DNA of 64,000 nt from Marsupella aquatica (lineage: Eukaryota > Plantae > Marchantiophyta). This document shows positions 28,388 through 39,975 of the stretch, one piece after another. The notes beneath the pieces are model-generated. The model did not search any database. It had not been told where the DNA came from and worked only from the letters and a program-made list of their open reading frames with translations. A program made the translations under genes and the position numbers. The stretch covers positions 6,373,079 to 6,437,078 of the forward strand of contig OZ316898.1 in the NCBI GenBank assembly GCA_973895155.1. Direction: 5' to 3'. Each line of letters starts with the position of its first letter. Positions within the stretch are counted from its first letter, which is position 1.

Positions 28388-28613
28388 CATACCTAACCTA
28401 GACGTAAGAGTAAATACCCAACAATCTTCCCCTTGACTCTGGTCTAGGGGAGAGTAATACTGCCAATGTATATTATCCCTCAGCGGGAAGTTCTGGACAA
28501 AAACCAAACCGGTTTCCCTCTCTAACTAGAGCAAACCAGAACTAAGCCGTAGCCTAATACATAGGAATGAGGAAGAGCATATATCAGTAATTACAATGAA
28601 TGTTAAGAAAACT

Positions 28614-30212
28614 CTACTTGTGATGCAATTGCAAAACCTGCAATATGTCACGGTGTCTAGAGAAACTCTCCAAAGGAATCACTTTGGTAAATGCGTCAGC
28701 CGGGTTGAGTTTATCATCAATCTTGACTAGCTCAAACAAATTATCAGACACAGCCTGCCTGATAAAATGGTACCTGACGTCAATGTGCTTCACTCTGCTG
28801 TCCATCACCTGGTTCACAGCAAGGTGGAGCGCACTTTGACTATCACAATGGAGCTTCACATTCCCCTGTGGCAATCCCATTTCAGTGATAAGTCTATCCA
28901 ACCAAATCGCTTCCTTTGCTGCTTCCGCAGCTGCAACATACTCCGCTTCTATAGTAGACTGAGCAATATACTTCTGCAAAGTAGACCTCCAACTTATGCA
29001 TCCACCGCCAAGTGTGAACACGTATCCTGTTGTTGATCTCCTTCGGTCCAAATCTTGTCCATAGTCAGAATCAACATAGCCAATCATTGATTTAGCATTC
29101 TTTGCATTCGCATCAAATAAAAGACCATGATCCACGGTACCCTTCAAGTACCTGATAATCCACTTCACTGCTTCCCAGTGTACCTTCCCTGGATTTGACA
29201 TGTACCTGCTTACCTTGCCCATAGCCATGGCAAGATCAGGTCTAGTGCAAGTCATCAAATACATGAGACTCCCCACTGCCTTGTCATACGGAACCTTTGA
29301 CATCAACCCCTTCTCTGTGTCATCCGTAGGACAGAACGCTGATGATAACTTGAAGTGTGGAGCCAACGGGGTAATTACTGGCTTGCTATTCCCCATGTTG
29401 AACCTTGCAATTACCTTCCTCGCATAACTGCTCTGCGTCAACCATAGCTTGCCAGCCTCCAAGTTCCTAGTGATCTCCATACCCAAAATCCTCTTAGCTG
29501 GCCCTAAGTCCTTCATCTTAAACTTTGCACTAAGCAGTGCCTTGAGCTTAACAATCTCAGACCTATCCTTGGCTGCAATTAGCATATCATCCACATAAAG
29601 TACTAAAACAATGAACCCAAAGACAACATTCTTTACCGGTTTCAAATACACACAAGGGTCAAATACACTTCTGTGAAAACCTTGTAACCGAATCCAATCG
29701 TCAAACCGCTTGTTCCACTGTCTTGGTGACTGCTTCAACCCATACAAGGATTTCAGCAATCTGCAAACCAATTCCTCTTGTCCTCTCTTCACAAAACCTA
29801 GCGGTTGTCTCATGAAGATCACCTCTTCCAATGTGCTATAGAGGAAAGCTGTGACAACATCCATCTGATCTAGCAACAGACCAAACATTACAACAAGTAC
29901 ACACAATAGTCGTATTGTAGAGTACTTAGCAACTGGTGAGAAGACCTCATTGTAATCCACACCTTTCTCTTGTGTGAATCCCTTTGCTACCAACCTAGCC
30001 TTGTAGACCTTCGATCCACCTCCTATGGAATTATCCTTCAGCTTGTAAATCCACTTGTTGTCCACCACTTGCTGACCCTTAGGCAACTTAACAAGCTCCC
30101 AAGTTTTGTTGTCCTTTAGTGACTGCATCTCCGTTTGCATTGCTGCAGTCCACTTCTGCTTCTCCTTTGAAGCACTTGCCTCATGAAATGAAGAAGGTTC
30201 TCCTTCTTCCAA
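28614..30212 (-). CDS. Copia B reverse transcriptase + RNase H
   Basis: KARLVAKGFTQ, QMDVVTAFL, SLYGLKQSPRQW, LYVDDMLI, GYVDSDY, STIEAEY, CDSQSAL, NPADAFTK. Confidence 0.95.
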   Translation of the reverse strand: MEEGEPSSFHEASASKEKQKWTAAMQTEMQSLKDNKTWELVKLPKGQQVVDNKWIYKLKDNSIGGGSKVYKARLVAKGFTQEKGVDYNEVFSPVAKYSTIRLLCVLVVMFGLLLDQMDVVTAFLYSTLEEVIFMRQPLGFVKRGQEELVCRLLKSLYGLKQSPRQWNKRFDDWIRLQGFHRSVFDPCVYLKPVKNVVFGFIVLVLYVDDMLIAAKDRSEIVKLKALLSAKFKMKDLGPAKRILGMEITRNLEAGKLWLTQSSYARKVIARFNMGNSKPVITPLAPHFKLSSAFCPTDDTEKGLMSKVPYDKAVGSLMYLMTCTRPDLAMAMGKVSRYMSNPGKVHWEAVKWIIRYLKGTVDHGLLFDANAKNAKSMIGYVDSDYGQDLDRRRSTTGYVFTLGGGCISWRSTLQKYIAQSTIEAEYVAAAEAAKEAIWLDRLITEMGLPQGNVKLHCDSQSALHLAVNQVMDSRVKHIDVRYHFIRQAVSDNLFELVKIDDKLNPADAFTKVIPLESFSRHRDILQVLQLHHK

Positions 30213-30470
30213 AATTAACGCACACCCTCATCATCAGCTGCAAAATCATCCTCTTGCAGTTGAGATGAATCAACCCACTGTCCATACCTTGGTGGAGCGC
30301 GTACAGTGCGACCATATGTTCTTCTAGCCGATGACTCCGGTTGATCTACGTGTGCTGGTACAATTTGAAGCTCAACAGCATCCACTTGCTGCTCACCAGC
30401 ATCAACAAACTCCTCTGGTTCCTCTGGCACAGGAACCAGCTCCATAATTGGAGCAACTCCTTCTCTCCGG

Positions 30471-31882
30471 TCATGCGCGCACCTCATAACCAATCTCCCC
30501 CTCAACGAGATCCGGGATAGGAGATTTTCCTTTGTCAGTACGGGAGTCCTGAGTATTCTCCCCCTCCTTCAATAATCTGGATTCATTAAAGAAAACATCC
30601 CTACTGACAACAAGCTTACAGGCAATAGGATCCCATAGCCTATAGGCTTTCACACCACTCTGGTACCCAAGAAAAACATATTTCTTGGAGGTAGGATCCA
30701 ACTTGGTCCTATTCTGTTTCGGTGTGAGAGCATATGCATCACTTCCAAAAACTACCAAGCCATGATAGTCTGCTTGCCGCTTATAGCGCATCTCAAATGG
30801 CGTTTTGAAATTGATAGCACTAGAAGGAGAAAGATTTACCAAATAAGCTGCGATATTGACAGCTTCTGCCCAAAATTCTTGTGGTAAACCTGATTGGCTC
30901 AACATACTCCGTGACCGCTCCAACAGTGTCCAATTGAGCCTCTCAGCGACACCATTCTGCTGCGGAGTATAAACTGTGGTGAGATGGCGAGTTATCCCCT
31001 GTTCTGAACAGTACTCTTCAAATTCCATTGAAGTGTACTCCCCGCCGTTGTCTGACCTCAGACTCTTCACCCTTGTATCCAAACACTTGATCGTGTTTCC
31101 AGTCTGATTCTCCACCTGGGCCTTCCACTTCTTAAAAATGGACAAGACATCAGACTTATGCGTCATGAAATAAATTCACACAAATCTTGAGTAATCATCA
31201 ATAAATGATACATAGTACAACTTTCCAGAGTGTGAGAGAGTCGGGGATGGACCCCACACGTCACTATGTATGTACTCAAGAACCGCTTTGGAACGATGAG
31301 TTCCAACACCAAAAGCACGACGATGCTGCTTTCCAAGAATGCAATGCTCTCTAATTTATAAGATTGCAAATCAGAAATGAGTCCATTCTTCCGTAAGATA
31401 GCCAAACCCTTCTCACTCATGTGGCCTAGCCGTGAATGCCACAGTTGAGTCATCTGCTCGTGAGACTTGGTTACATTGGCCTCTCCACATACAGTATTGC
31501 CCTGTAACACATACAAATTCTTTTGTCTACTCCCCTTCAAAATCACTGTCTCTCCCGACCTGACTTGAAGTTCACCATCAATAACGCTCCATTGATGACC
31601 ATTTGAATCCAACACACCGAGTGAAATCAGATTCTTACGCATGCCAGGTACATACCTGACTCCGAACACTGTGCGCACAGCGCCATCAAACATTTGAATC
31701 TTCACAGACCCAATTCCCTCAATTTGATAGGAGTGATCATTTCCCATCAGAACTGAACCGTTTGAAACAGAGTAAGAACTGAAAAACTCACGAATGTAAC
31801 AAATATGAAAAGAGCAAGCACAATCAAGAATCCATACATCATCTGCTCTCCTAGATGACGTGCACAGGGCATACCCCCGGCT
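30471..31882 (-). pseudogene. Copia B protease, GAG-pre-integrase and integrase (frameshifted)
   Basis: WILDCACSFH, LWHSRLGHMSEKG, LRSDNGGEY, PQQNGVAERLN, GVKAYRLWDP. Confidence 0.92.
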
Positions 31883-32718
31883 TCATAAAACATACTCATC
31901 ATTGAGTAAATCAGCTTCTCCATCAGCCCTAGCCATATTTGCTAATGAAGTTTCCGTTGCCTTTCCCTTACAGTCTCGCTTGAAGTGTCCAACTTGGTTG
32001 CACTTCCAACATGTCACCTGCCTCCTCTGAGGGGATTTACCCTTGGACTTAGATCTGGATTTAGATCTAAATTGGGTTCTACGGTCCCCAGTTGGTCGCT
32101 GCATACTCCTCCCACGGTTAACATTGAGGGCAGCACCAGATGATGAAGGCTGTGACGTGATGTGCATCTTCTGTTGAAGATCATCACTAAGCAGAGAACT
32201 TACCACGTCATTGTATGAAATGGTATCCCTATCACGATGCAACAACACTCGTGATAGGGACTGGTAAGATGGAAGCAATGAACTAAGAAGTTGTAGAGCC
32301 TTCGTCTCATCATTCAAAGTCTCCCCAAGGTTTTCCAAGTCAACGACCATATCGTTGAAAGCATCCACATGGTCTTGCAACTTTGTACCGGATTCCTTCA
32401 TCCTGAAACTCATCAGTTTGTAGGAAGTGTAGAGCCAAATCGACAACTCCTTGCGGTGATACTTGCTCTGCAATTCCGCAAACAAGGACATGCAATCCTT
32501 ATGTGCACCCAACTGCTTGATGATGGGAGGCATGAGATAGAGTGTAACACACCACACTCCCTGCTCCTGCATGCGGTCCTATTGTTTCTCATCAACATCG
32601 TCTTCACGAGGGCTCAGCAGTTGGCCCATCCCTGACGCATAGAGCACTCCCTTCACCTGCTTCTCCCATAGCAAGTAGTCAGAGCGCCCATCATACTTTG
32701 TCACTTCATACTTGGGTC

Positions 32719-34587
32719 AATGTTAAATGCCAACTTCGACCTTGCGATTAATGGCTGTTTAACTACCTTTTCCTCAGTAATCTTGTTTAAACGATTAACC
32801 GACCTTCAAGAGGCGGCACTCCTTCTATCTCGACACAGTCCCCGTAAGTGAATCCGACCAAGTGCTCTTGAATGTCGAGTTCCGTCTTCCACTTCTTAGG
32901 TACTTCAGCCTCGACCAACACTAACCCCTCTCTATACACAATCTCAATGAACCCACACCACTCGCGGTAAGTGATCAAGCAAATCAGAATGTTCTCGTAT
33001 AGTGACTGACGGGAAATAAGATGGGTGCCGATAGAACAGATCCACAGTTCCAGTGATCTTAAGGTAATCAAGGAGCAAGACTTGTCGTCACTGCTATCTG
33101 CGTTCATGGTTTTTAGTAGCCGTGACCTGATTAAGTCCGGCTGTCCTTTGAATCAGCCTGCCTGGCAATTGATTTCCGGATTGTGTGAGTGACTATGACA
33201 GGGTTACCCTAAGCAAGTACCCCAGTATCACATTTACCCTTGTATGATGGAGGTGTATGACGACCAGTGTATCGCCTTCAAAACACATTATCTCCAACCA
33301 GACACCGCTTCTCACTAGCTGTCTGTTCAACCTATACCTTGAGGCGCTGGCCCGTAAGGTTCTGGTTCTCAATGAGACGATATTCATTCATTGTTGCGAT
33401 TAACGAGTAACGACTTGCTGCATAAGGCAAATTCCTTCTCTCTTTCTCTCTCTCTCTGATTCGACGTTCTCATTCACTGCTCAAGTGCGGACTTCACTCT
33501 GTTGCATTCATTTCAAACTCTCTCTTTATACTCAAAGACTACTCAACTGAGTAGGGACACTATTACAAAATTGCTGGCATTCCTAAGGTGAGCGGAGCCA
33601 TACCTTGCCCCAGACTGCTAGCAAAAAGTGACAGAGCGCCTAGCGCTCCACAGCCTCTAAATACCTATGCCTCGCGTCCGTCTTTGCCCGAGGCCTCTAC
33701 TACTTCTTGGGGTGCGCCGATTACAGTTTGGATGACTCGCGCCCCCCTCTGATCTCCTTCGCTCATTCATCAAGAACGCTAACTAATGCCTACCAGAACG
33801 ATGAGTGGAAGCCAAGAACTGCTGATTACTATGTCAAGAAGTTCTGTCTTCCTGGTTACTGAACTGTGCAACGGCCTCCTCGATTCTCTTCGGTTGCGCC
33901 TGATCCGGAAGCTTCCGGACTTCCGATTGTTAATCTTGCCATATGTGCCTCGACCTCCTGACTTCTGTCATCTTCCTTGGGGTTGCTCGGTTTGCCGGCC
34001 ACGATTACTTGTTCGGTGGTGATTAATCGCCACATAATCCGCTGATCGTGGCTGTTCTCCCGTCTTAGCAGTAGATTCCATTTCTTCCGCATGACCTTTC
34101 TACAGAGTTCTTCGATGGCCTCGCCGGTGGTGAATCGTTGGCGGAACTCTTCGCCCTTCATTCCGAACAATTGTTGCCCTGCTGCATCCCATACACGACA
34201 GCTTCCTTCTTTGATCCGAATAGTGAACATGAACATAGGCACTCCTTCGCCTAGCGACTTACACTCATGAGCTAACCGATTCCTGCTAACGGGGGTTCCT
34301 ATATTCGCCCCCCCTTGCCTTCTCTGTCGAGCTCCTATGCCTAAGGCACATACTCTGCCATTTGCTAGTAGGCCATCGCAACCTTCATAGCAGAACTCGA
34401 CTCCTACACGACCGTTAATCAAGATGATCGTCGCCTCCCCTACTTCCAGCCTTTCTGTCATCTCAACAAAATGAATAACCACTGGTCCTTGCTTACTACT
34501 TCCTAAATACTCTTGGTTGACCTCTAGTTGACACTTCTAAACCTAAAAAAAACTATAATATTGCCGGTGTAATTTTTATCGTTTATA
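32719..34587. mobile_element. Unclassified 1.87-kb insertion flanked by GTC; no TIR, LTR or polyA
   Basis: Removing it plus one GTC restores gag codons AAG CTT GGG GGA CCC AAG (KLGGPK), as in element A. Confidence 0.85.
33856..34482 (-). CDS. Putative RPA70 C-terminal-like OB-fold/zinc-ribbon ssDNA-binding protein
   Basis: 208-aa ORF (likely ATG at MTERL): FCYEGC..VC..HEC..PMFMFTIRIKEGSCRVWDAAGQQLFGMKGEEF resembles the RPA1 DBD-C pattern; recognised by eye only. Confidence 0.55.
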   Translation of the reverse strand: MVIHFVEMTERLEVGEATIILINGRVGVEFCYEGCDGLLANGRVCALGIGARQRRQGGANIGTPVSRNRLAHECKSLGEGVPMFMFTIRIKEGSCRVWDAAGQQLFGMKGEEFRQRFTTGEAIEELCRKVMRKKWNLLLRRENSHDQRIMWRLITTEQVIVAGKPSNPKEDDRSQEVEAHMARLTIGSPEASGSGATEENRGGRCTVQ

Positions 34588-37016
34588 GTCCCCCAAGCTT
34601 GAAAGTCCCCATCTTCTTCTTTGGCACTACCGTGAGCTCCGATAGTAGTACTGCTTCCTCCACCACACGCCGCACCGGTGATGGTATCGGTGTCACGTGC
34701 TCTTCTTCCTGCTCCTCTCTCTGCCCCTGAAATCTCCGCGGTGATCCTCGTGCTTCAAGTTCCATGTCTTCGAAAAACTCCTTCGAATCACTCATATGAG
34801 AAAATCACAAAAAATGTTGTTTTTCACAACTTCTCAAAAAACTCAAAACTCAACACCGCCGCGTAGCCCACAAAGCTAGGAGTCCAATACTAAAAACCGA
34901 AATCAAAATCGAAATTTGACGGAAAAGTTATTCAAATTTCGGTCGAGGTGGGTAAAACCTTGGGAAACTCCCTCGTTTTGACCACCTCAGGGAATAACCA
35001 AAATACCAAGTACAACCCGTTGTCGGAATTGCGATGTGATTGGTGCGCCGCGTTGCCAACTTCAATGGCTACGACCTCGCCAAAAAATAACCAAAAAAGT
35101 TACCGTTCAGCGGATGAAATCTTTGTCGGACGGTCAAAAAATAGCTCTCTGGTTTTTTGGAATATTCTATGACCCTTGTACAGGCCCTGTGGGAATTTTG
35201 GAAGAACAATCGAGGGGCTGACACGTGTCCTCGAACCCCCAAAACCCCCTACCACCCTTCGTCGTCGAAATCTGGTCGCGCGCGCAGAAAATACACACGG
35301 CAGAATGTACCCCTCGACACCAAACGCAAGATATCTCACTCGGGTTTTGACAAAATCAAGATCTGATTTCAGATTTGGAAACTAGACTCCGAGGCGGTGA
35401 AGATCGATATAAGAAGCACCCAAAACAAGGAAAGAACGAGGGAGAAAACAATTGGTAAAGATGACAGATTTCTCTCAATTGCCATAGCCAATTTCGAATC
35501 AGTTTTTCAAAGAGAAAAAAATGGTACCTTATCAACAACGAATGTTGATCAATTGCACTTGGTGCCGTCACCAAGTCCAACAAGGTAATTGATTTTGCTT
35601 AGCCTTCCTCTTTGCATCAAAGAGCCAATCCCGGACTCAAAACAATCGTCTTGCCTCAATCTCTCCGTTGAGTCAAAACACTTGACGCTTCTCCCTCCGA
35701 GTCGATTGCCAACTTTCTTCACAAAATCCAGAACGACGAAAACTTAGATCTCTCTGCACCACGAGCTCCGTTCAGCGATTTCTTCGCACCGTTAGAAAAC
35801 TCTTGCCCTGATCTATCCGTTGAGCCCATAAACTCCAAGTTCCATGCGACGGAACTTTGGGAAATCCACCGACACTCAACGCTGGAAAAACCGTTATGAA
35901 ATCCTGTCACAAACACACGTCACCTCCCAAGCATGCTCTGATACCAATTGTTGAGCATAGACGACAATCGCAACGGCAAGCCCATGAACCATCCAACGCA
36001 CAATAGTCGACACAAGAGATACGTGGTTCACCTCCTTGAGGCTACGTCCACGAAAATACACAAGAGAGCTTTACTGAACTCTTAGCCCGTCGGCTATACC
36101 GAGTCTCCACAGTGTAAGCTCTCCTTATCTCTCAAGTGGCTCCATAACAATGAGCCTTGGTTCTACCTCTCCAAGCACACATGCCTCTTATGATATAGTG
36201 TGCAACTTAGTTGTACCTAACCACATAGTTGTACCTAATCACGTAGTTGTACCTAACCACGTAGTTGTACCAACCCACGTTGTTGTACCAACCACGTCAT
36301 ACCTAACCTAGACGTAAGAGTAAATACCCAATAAATCGAACACTATTGAAGCGATCATGAAGTATGCTGAGCCAATCAGGTTTACCACAGGAATTTTGGG
36401 CAGAAGCTGTCAATACTGCTATTTGAAATATGTCGTTTGCATACGCCGTTTGAAATGCGTTATAAACGCCAAGCAGACTATAATGGCTTGGTAGTTTTTT
36501 GAAGTGATGCATATGCTCTCACACCAAAGCAGAATAGGACCAAGTTGGATCCTACGTCCAAGAAATGTATTTTTCTTGGGTATCAGAGTGGTGTGAAGGC
36601 CTACAGGCTATGGGATCCTATTGCCTGTAAGCTTGTTGTCAGTAGGAATGTTTCTTTCAATGAATCCAGATTATTGAAAGAGGGGGAGAATACTCAGGTC
36701 TTCCGTAGTGACAAAGGGAAATCTTCTATCTCGGATCTCATTGAGAGGGAGATTGATCATGAAGTGCATGATCGAAGAGAAGGAGGTGCTCCAAGCATGG
36801 AGTTGGTTCCAGTGCCAGAGAAATAAGAGGAGTTTGTTGATGCTAGTGAGCAGCAAGTGGATGCTGCTGAGCTTCAAATTGTACCAATAGACGCAATTCA
36901 ACCGGAGTCATCGGCTAGAAGAACATCTGGTTGCACTATATGCGCTCCTCCTAGGTATGGACAGTGGGTTGATTCATCTCAACTGCAAGAGGACGATTTT
37001 GCTACTGATGATGAGG

Positions 37017-37515
37017 GGCCTCATTCACAATTGGAGGACCCAAAAGGAACGTCACACTCAAAAGTGACCATAGTTTATTATGCTTTAGGATATCATTTGT
37101 AGGGTGTAATGAGATGATATAGAAAATTTGATGTACTATACTTAATAAACATCCTGCAGGTTGGTAACATTCATTAAACTATCTAGCATTTGAGATTTTG
37201 AAGCTTTCCTTATATTTTGAAGTTTTCCTTATACACTAAACCTTTATGTACTGGACAAAAATAATCAGTAATTTTGGCTTATTTAGGGCCATCAATAATA
37301 GGATCCCTTAAAACAATTGAAAACTTGATTTATCTACATGGTGAGGTAGGTAACACCATGTAAAATAGTCTTGTGAAAAAATTAGACTTAAATGTCTTGA
37401 GATAAAATCATGATGGTGCTTTTTCCATGTTACAAAAGTCATTTTTCACTAAAAAAACATGTTTTTGAGTCCTGAAAGTGGTTCCTGCGAGGTACACCCA
37501 ATTGTGAATGAGGCC
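37017..37515. mobile_element. MITE (499 bp), 18-bp TIR GGCCTCATTCACAATTGG, 4-bp TSD GAGG
   Basis: Perfect TIRs; GAGG at 37013-37016 and 37516-37519; absent from the homologous site in B. Confidence 0.9.
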
Positions 37516-38814
37516 GAGGGTGATGCGATAATTTTAGAAGAAGGGGAACCTTCTTCATTTCATGAGGCAAGTGCTTCAAAGGAGAAGCAGAAGTGGAGTA
37601 CAGCAATGCAAACAGAGATGCAGTCACTGAAGGTATTCTTCAGTGGTATCCACTGAAGATAATCCATTTCACTACGAGGATTTGGGGTATGGGATGGTAT
37701 GGTATGGTATGGGATGGTATGGTAGTTGACAAAGGCCAACTACAAGGATTTGGGGTATGGAGATCACTAGGAACTTGGAGGCTGGTAAGCTATGGTTGAC
37801 ATAGAGCAATTATGCGAGGAAGGTAATTGCTAGGTTCAACATGGGGATAGTAAGCCAGTAAGTACCCCTTTGGCTGCACACTTCAAATTGTCATTAGCTT
37901 TTTGTCCCACAGATGCAACAGAGAAGGGGCTGATGTCAAAGGTTCCTTATGATAAGGCAGTGGGAAGTCTCATGTATTTGATGACTTGCACTAGACCTGA
38001 TCTTGCCATGGCTATGGGCAAGGTGAGCAGGTACATGTCGAATCCAGGGAAGGTACATTGGGAAGCAGTGAAATGGATTATCAGGTACTTGAAGGGTACC
38101 ATGGATCATGGTCTTTTATTTGATGCGAATGCAAAGAATTCTAGATCATTGATTGGCTATGTAGATTCTGACTATGGACAAGATCTGGACCAAAGGAGAT
38201 CAACGACGGGGTACGTGTTCACACTTGGCGGTGGATGCATAAGTTGGAAGTCTACTTTAGAGAAGTGTATTGCTCAGTCTACTACAGAAGCGGAGTATGT
38301 TGCAGCAGCGAAAGCAGCAAAGGAAGCGATTTGGTTGGATAGACTTATCACTAAAATGGGATTGTCACCGGGGAATGTGAAGCTCCATTGTGATAGTCAG
38401 AGTGCGCTCCACCTTGCTGTGAACCAGGTGATGGACAGTAGAGTGAAGCACATAGACGTCAAGTACCATTTTATTAGGCAGACTGTGTCTGATAATTTGT
38501 TTGAGCTAGTCAAAATAGACGGTAAACTCAACCCAACTGATGTATTTACCAAAGTGATTCCTTTGGAAAGTTTTTCTAGACATCGTGACGTGCTGTAGGT
38601 TTTGCAATTGCATCACAAGTACGGTTTTTTCTTAACATTCGCTGTAATTACTGATATATGCTCTTCCTCACTCCTAGTAATAGGCTACGGCTTAGTTCTG
38701 GTTTGCTCTAGTTAGAGAGGGGAAATTGTTTTGGTTTTTGTCCAGAACTTCCCGTTGAGGAATCATATAGGTTAGCAGTATTACCCTCCCCTAGACCAGA
38801 GTCAAGGGGAAGAT

Positions 38815-39157
38815 TGTTAGGTATTTACTCAAGGTCTAGGGTTACGACATGTAACCGTGGTTAGGCTAACGGTAGTCGGAGATGTGGTTAGGTTAACTAG
38901 GATGCACACTATATGCCAAGCGGTGTTTGCTTGGATAAGTGGAACTTAGGCTCATTGTTACGGAGCCACTTGAGAGATGAGGAGAGCTTACACTATGGAG
39001 ACTTGGTATGGCCGACGGGCTAAGAGTTCAGTAAAACTCTCTTGTGTGTTCTCATGGACGTAGCCTCGAGGAGGTGAACCACGTATCTCTTGTGTCGACT
39101 ACTTGCGTGTTGGATGTGTCATGTGCTTACTGTTGCGATTATCGTCTATGCTCAACA
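38815..39157 (+). repeat. 3' LTR of Copia A
   Basis: Preceded by PPT, followed by TSD CAAGT. Confidence 0.97.
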
Positions 39158-39162
39158 CAAGT

Positions 39163-39975
39163 TCTTTGCTAGTTGCATTGCCCTCTTCCTCGATCTCATC
39201 ACTTATGCTAGAGCATTTGAGCGGCATTTGTGATGCAACTCACATTGGGGATGTTGGAATGTAGTTAACAAATTCCACTACTTCTCTCGGGCAACTAATT
39301 GTTGTAGATTGATGTTTTCCATGAAATAAGATTTTAACAGTCCCATCGCTGCTCACACTCCTTTTCATTCAAAATTGTCTTTGATAGCTGATGAGATTGA
39401 GCGATTGTAAAACTTTTCCTACAAGCTCCTTCTCATTTGGTTGATCCTGGTCCTTCACAAATTCCAAAATTCTATTGTCTCAGTTACAAAATCACCTCCG
39501 ATAGTGGTTTGTATGAGGATTTAATGATTTCGGTGAGTGTTTCCAACCTAAATGCCCTTTGCTTGTTCAACTTTGAAGAGAATTTGCTGAACATTTGATC
39601 ATGAGTATGCCCTACCAAAAGAAAACCAAGCTTTATCTTTTGGAAGATATTTAAATCTACCAACATATTTAAATATGCCATGACAAATTGATTTTTGTTC
39701 TCCCTAGCTGTGTTATCTAACTGTAAATACAATATTGGAGGTAGACTTCCTTGCCATGTATTTAGCACATTTTGGATGACATGGATTGTCAAATTTGCAT
39801 CATTATGAATATTAGGGTAATTCAAGAAAACCTTTGATGAAATGCGACCACTAAATATCAAACAACCTACAACATGTATGGGAATGAAACATTTTTTATG
39901 CATGTTTTTAGGACATCTGAGAAAATGAGGAAGCTTTGTCTTCTTCTGGTCCATGCCATCAATGCAAAGTCCCAA
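39163..39975 (-). pseudogene. Sola-like transposase catalytic core
   Basis: CIDGMDQKKTKLPHF, LYLQLDNTARENKNQ, GFLLVGHTHDQMFS (small deletion near the third acidic residue). Confidence 0.8.

Larger units (their letters stand above)
31883..34795 (-). pseudogene. Copia B gag, interrupted by a 1.87-kb insertion
   Basis: MSDSKEFF..MGTFKLGG | PKYEVTKYDG..; zinc knuckle CWKCNQVGHFKRDC; ends LLNDEYVL-TGA. Confidence 0.9.
28003..36333 (-). mobile_element. Ty1/Copia element B, same family as A, nested antisense in A's integrase
   Basis: LTRs 28003-28423 and 35949-36333, TSD AATCG (27998-28002, 36334-36338), PBS on minus 35935-35946, PPT next to 28424; host reads ERLNR|TLL across the insertion. Confidence 0.97.
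24341..39157 (+). mobile_element. Ty1/Copia element A, with nested element B and a MITE; RT partly deleted
   Basis: 343-bp LTRs 24341-24683 and 38815-39157 (TG..CA, ~12 mismatches by eye), TSD CAAGT, PBS TGGTATCAGAGC 24686-24697, PPT AAGGGGAAGA before 38815; gag-PR-INT 26067-28002, INT resumes 36339, RT-end/RNase H 37870-38598. Confidence 0.97.

Noticed and set aside
28204-28401. ORF with VVPNH(I/V) repeats
   Set aside because: Translation of the 18-bp LTR repeat.
34556-34564. TAATATTGC resembling the geminivirus origin TAATATTAC
   Set aside because: One mismatch, no GC-rich stem and no Rep gene; easily arises by chance in AT-rich DNA.
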